Part shown: piece after piece, positions 35,744 through 37,157 of the stretch
Layout of the letters: every line of letters starts with the position of its first letter
Position numbering within the stretch: position 1 is the first letter of the stretch
The notes under the pieces: model-generated
Told to the model about the DNA's origin: nothing
The model's input: only the letters and a program-made list of their open reading frames with translations
Database searches by the model: none
From: a virus
Taxonomy: Duplodnaviria > Caudoviricetes
Virus record (IMG/VR): IMGVR_UViG_3300033417_000033
Coordinates: 1-37,157 of that record
Strand: one strand, 5' to 3'
Length of the DNA stretch: 37,157 nucleotides
Position numbers and translations under genes: made by a program

Positions 35744-37156
35744 TTACGGGAAGGTTATAGCACTTAGGTCAATAAATCCCTTAGAGGCTGAGTTCCCTAT
35801 CTTATAAATTTCAGCGGTATATACAAGTTTACTGTTGTGTGCTAGGTTATTAACTTGTTTTATTTGCACAGTGACAGTGTCGCCAGTTTCATCCTCGCTC
35901 ATTGTCGGGGTTATTACCAGAGATGAATACCCGTCTAAAGCTTGGACATCCCCGACAGAATCAGGTGTACCAACTGTGATATTCCCAGAGCTGTCTGATA
36001 TAGAGGTATAATATATAGTACCAAATGCTGAAAAATTTGTGGCGGTGCTATTTGCGCGTTCGACCAGATAATTTAACCTTACGCCAATACCGTTACCGTC
36101 AGGAATCGCAACTGAAAATATATCTGTGGTCACATTATCTGAAAGAGTTACACTATCCGACTCAACTATTTTAACAGATGGACCGTATATTCTATCATCA
36201 ACCAAAATAACGCCATGATTCTGGTATGTCCCATTTACAGAATCATGATGGTATTGTACCTCGGTATATGTAGATACGTTAATATCGGTTGTCGCCCCGA
36301 CTATATGGTTATTTTTAACAACAACCGCTGTAGGCTCAGTTGACCCGTAGCTTTCCTTTATTCCTGTTGTATATCCTATTATAGTGTTGTTTTCTATTAA
36401 GCACTTGTTTACATTATAGTAATTGCTATCACCGCCAGTCCATTGCTTGTCATTAACCCATATGCCGTTTGATTGTGCATCGACAGTCTTGATCAAATTA
36501 CCTCTAATCGTAATATTATCACCAGCACCAAATGCATATATCGCATTTGAACACACTACACCCGTGGGGATATTAATTACATTACCGCTCACCAGCACAT
36601 TGTCATTTTCTTTTAACGTAGCCCCGGCAGTTTCAAATGAAATATAGATGGCCGATGAACCGTCTTGTATGTACGTAATGTTATTCCCTGACACCACAAC
36701 ATCTTTCCCACCATTTACCAGTATCCGACCGCCGGTAGTTGTTATAGTGTTGTTTTTAATTAAAACATTTTCATTGTACCCATGCACAGCTATTGCATCA
36801 TCCAACGCACCAAGAATGGTATTGCCTGTAATCTGTTGATGCGATCCACTCGATAAACTTATCCCCTGTTCGCCTCCCGCCCCAGCAGTCGCCCAGGATT
36901 GTACAATGTACGTACTTGTTAACAGATTATCTTTAATCTGTGTATTATTTGCAGATATAGTGAATGCTGAGATAGCGTCACCGTAATAGTCATATATCTG
37001 GCAGTCATGTATGTTTGTGCCATTAACATCGGAACTGTCCCCATCGTACTGACCACCGATAATAATCCCCCCTATTCTGGCAGAGTCCCCGTCAACCCGA
37101 CCAGAATTTCTGAAATTTTGGTCCAGTGTAATACCGTGGATATGTATATTATCAGC
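35744..37156 (-). CDS. tailspike / right-handed beta-helix protein (5' end beyond the window)
   Basis: Frame stays open to the window edge; repeated 'I.GN.I / I.NN.I' rungs. Confidence 0.8.
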   Translation of the reverse strand, partial: ADNIHIHGITLDQNFRNSGRVDGDSARIGGIIIGGQYDGDSSDVNGTNIHDCQIYDYYGDAISAFTISANNTQIKDNLLTSTYIVQSWATAGAGGEQGISLSSGSHQQITGNTILGALDDAIAVHGYNENVLIKNNTITTTGGRILVNGGKDVVVSGNNITYIQDGSSAIYISFETAGATLKENDNVLVSGNVINIPTGVVCSNAIYAFGAGDNITIRGNLIKTVDAQSNGIWVNDKQWTGGDSNYYNVNKCLIENNTIIGYTTGIKESYGSTEPTAVVVKNNHIVGATTDINVSTYTEVQYHHDSVNGTYQNHGVILVDDRIYGPSVKIVESDSVTLSDNVTTDIFSVAIPDGNGIGVRLNYLVERANSTATNFSAFGTIYYTSISDSSGNITVGTPDSVGDVQALDGYSSLVITPTMSEDETGDTVTVQIKQVNNLAHNSKLVYTAEIYKIGNSASKGFIDLSAITFP

Positions 37157-37157
37157 C

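Noticed and set aside
1-37157. Many antisense ORFs in the six-frame track (e.g. 3561-4280 -, 10398-11213 -, 30045-30575 +)
   Set aside because: They shadow well-supported genes on the opposite strand and show no recognisable motifs.

Overview
About 37 kb of a tailed-phage (podovirus-like) genome or prophage with two converging arms. The + strand (1-17.1 kb) carries early and replication genes: AAA ATPase, DUF3150-like protein, beta-clamp-like protein, Cas4/RecB-like nuclease, Sak4-like NTPase, SSB, UDG-fused family-A polymerase, DNA MTase and a DUF3987-like ATPase. The - strand (17.2-37.2 kb) carries virion genes: tailspike, portal, scaffold, capsid, adaptors, tail and ejection proteins. The arms meet at a terminator near 17.15 kb. 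The most striking feature is that polA is split into two ORFs (8520-10418 and 13115-13981). The 2.7 kb between them holds an HNH endonuclease gene, an integron-like cassette array and the C-terminal relic of a second HNH protein. The array has three intact attC-type hairpins plus several half-sites, no integrase in the window, and all ORFs antisense to attC polarity. A 147-nt tRNA-like RNA with an expanded anticodon/variable region sits in a hairpin-rich intergenic region at 6.74-7.06 kb. All calls come from manual motif reading; no database searches were run.
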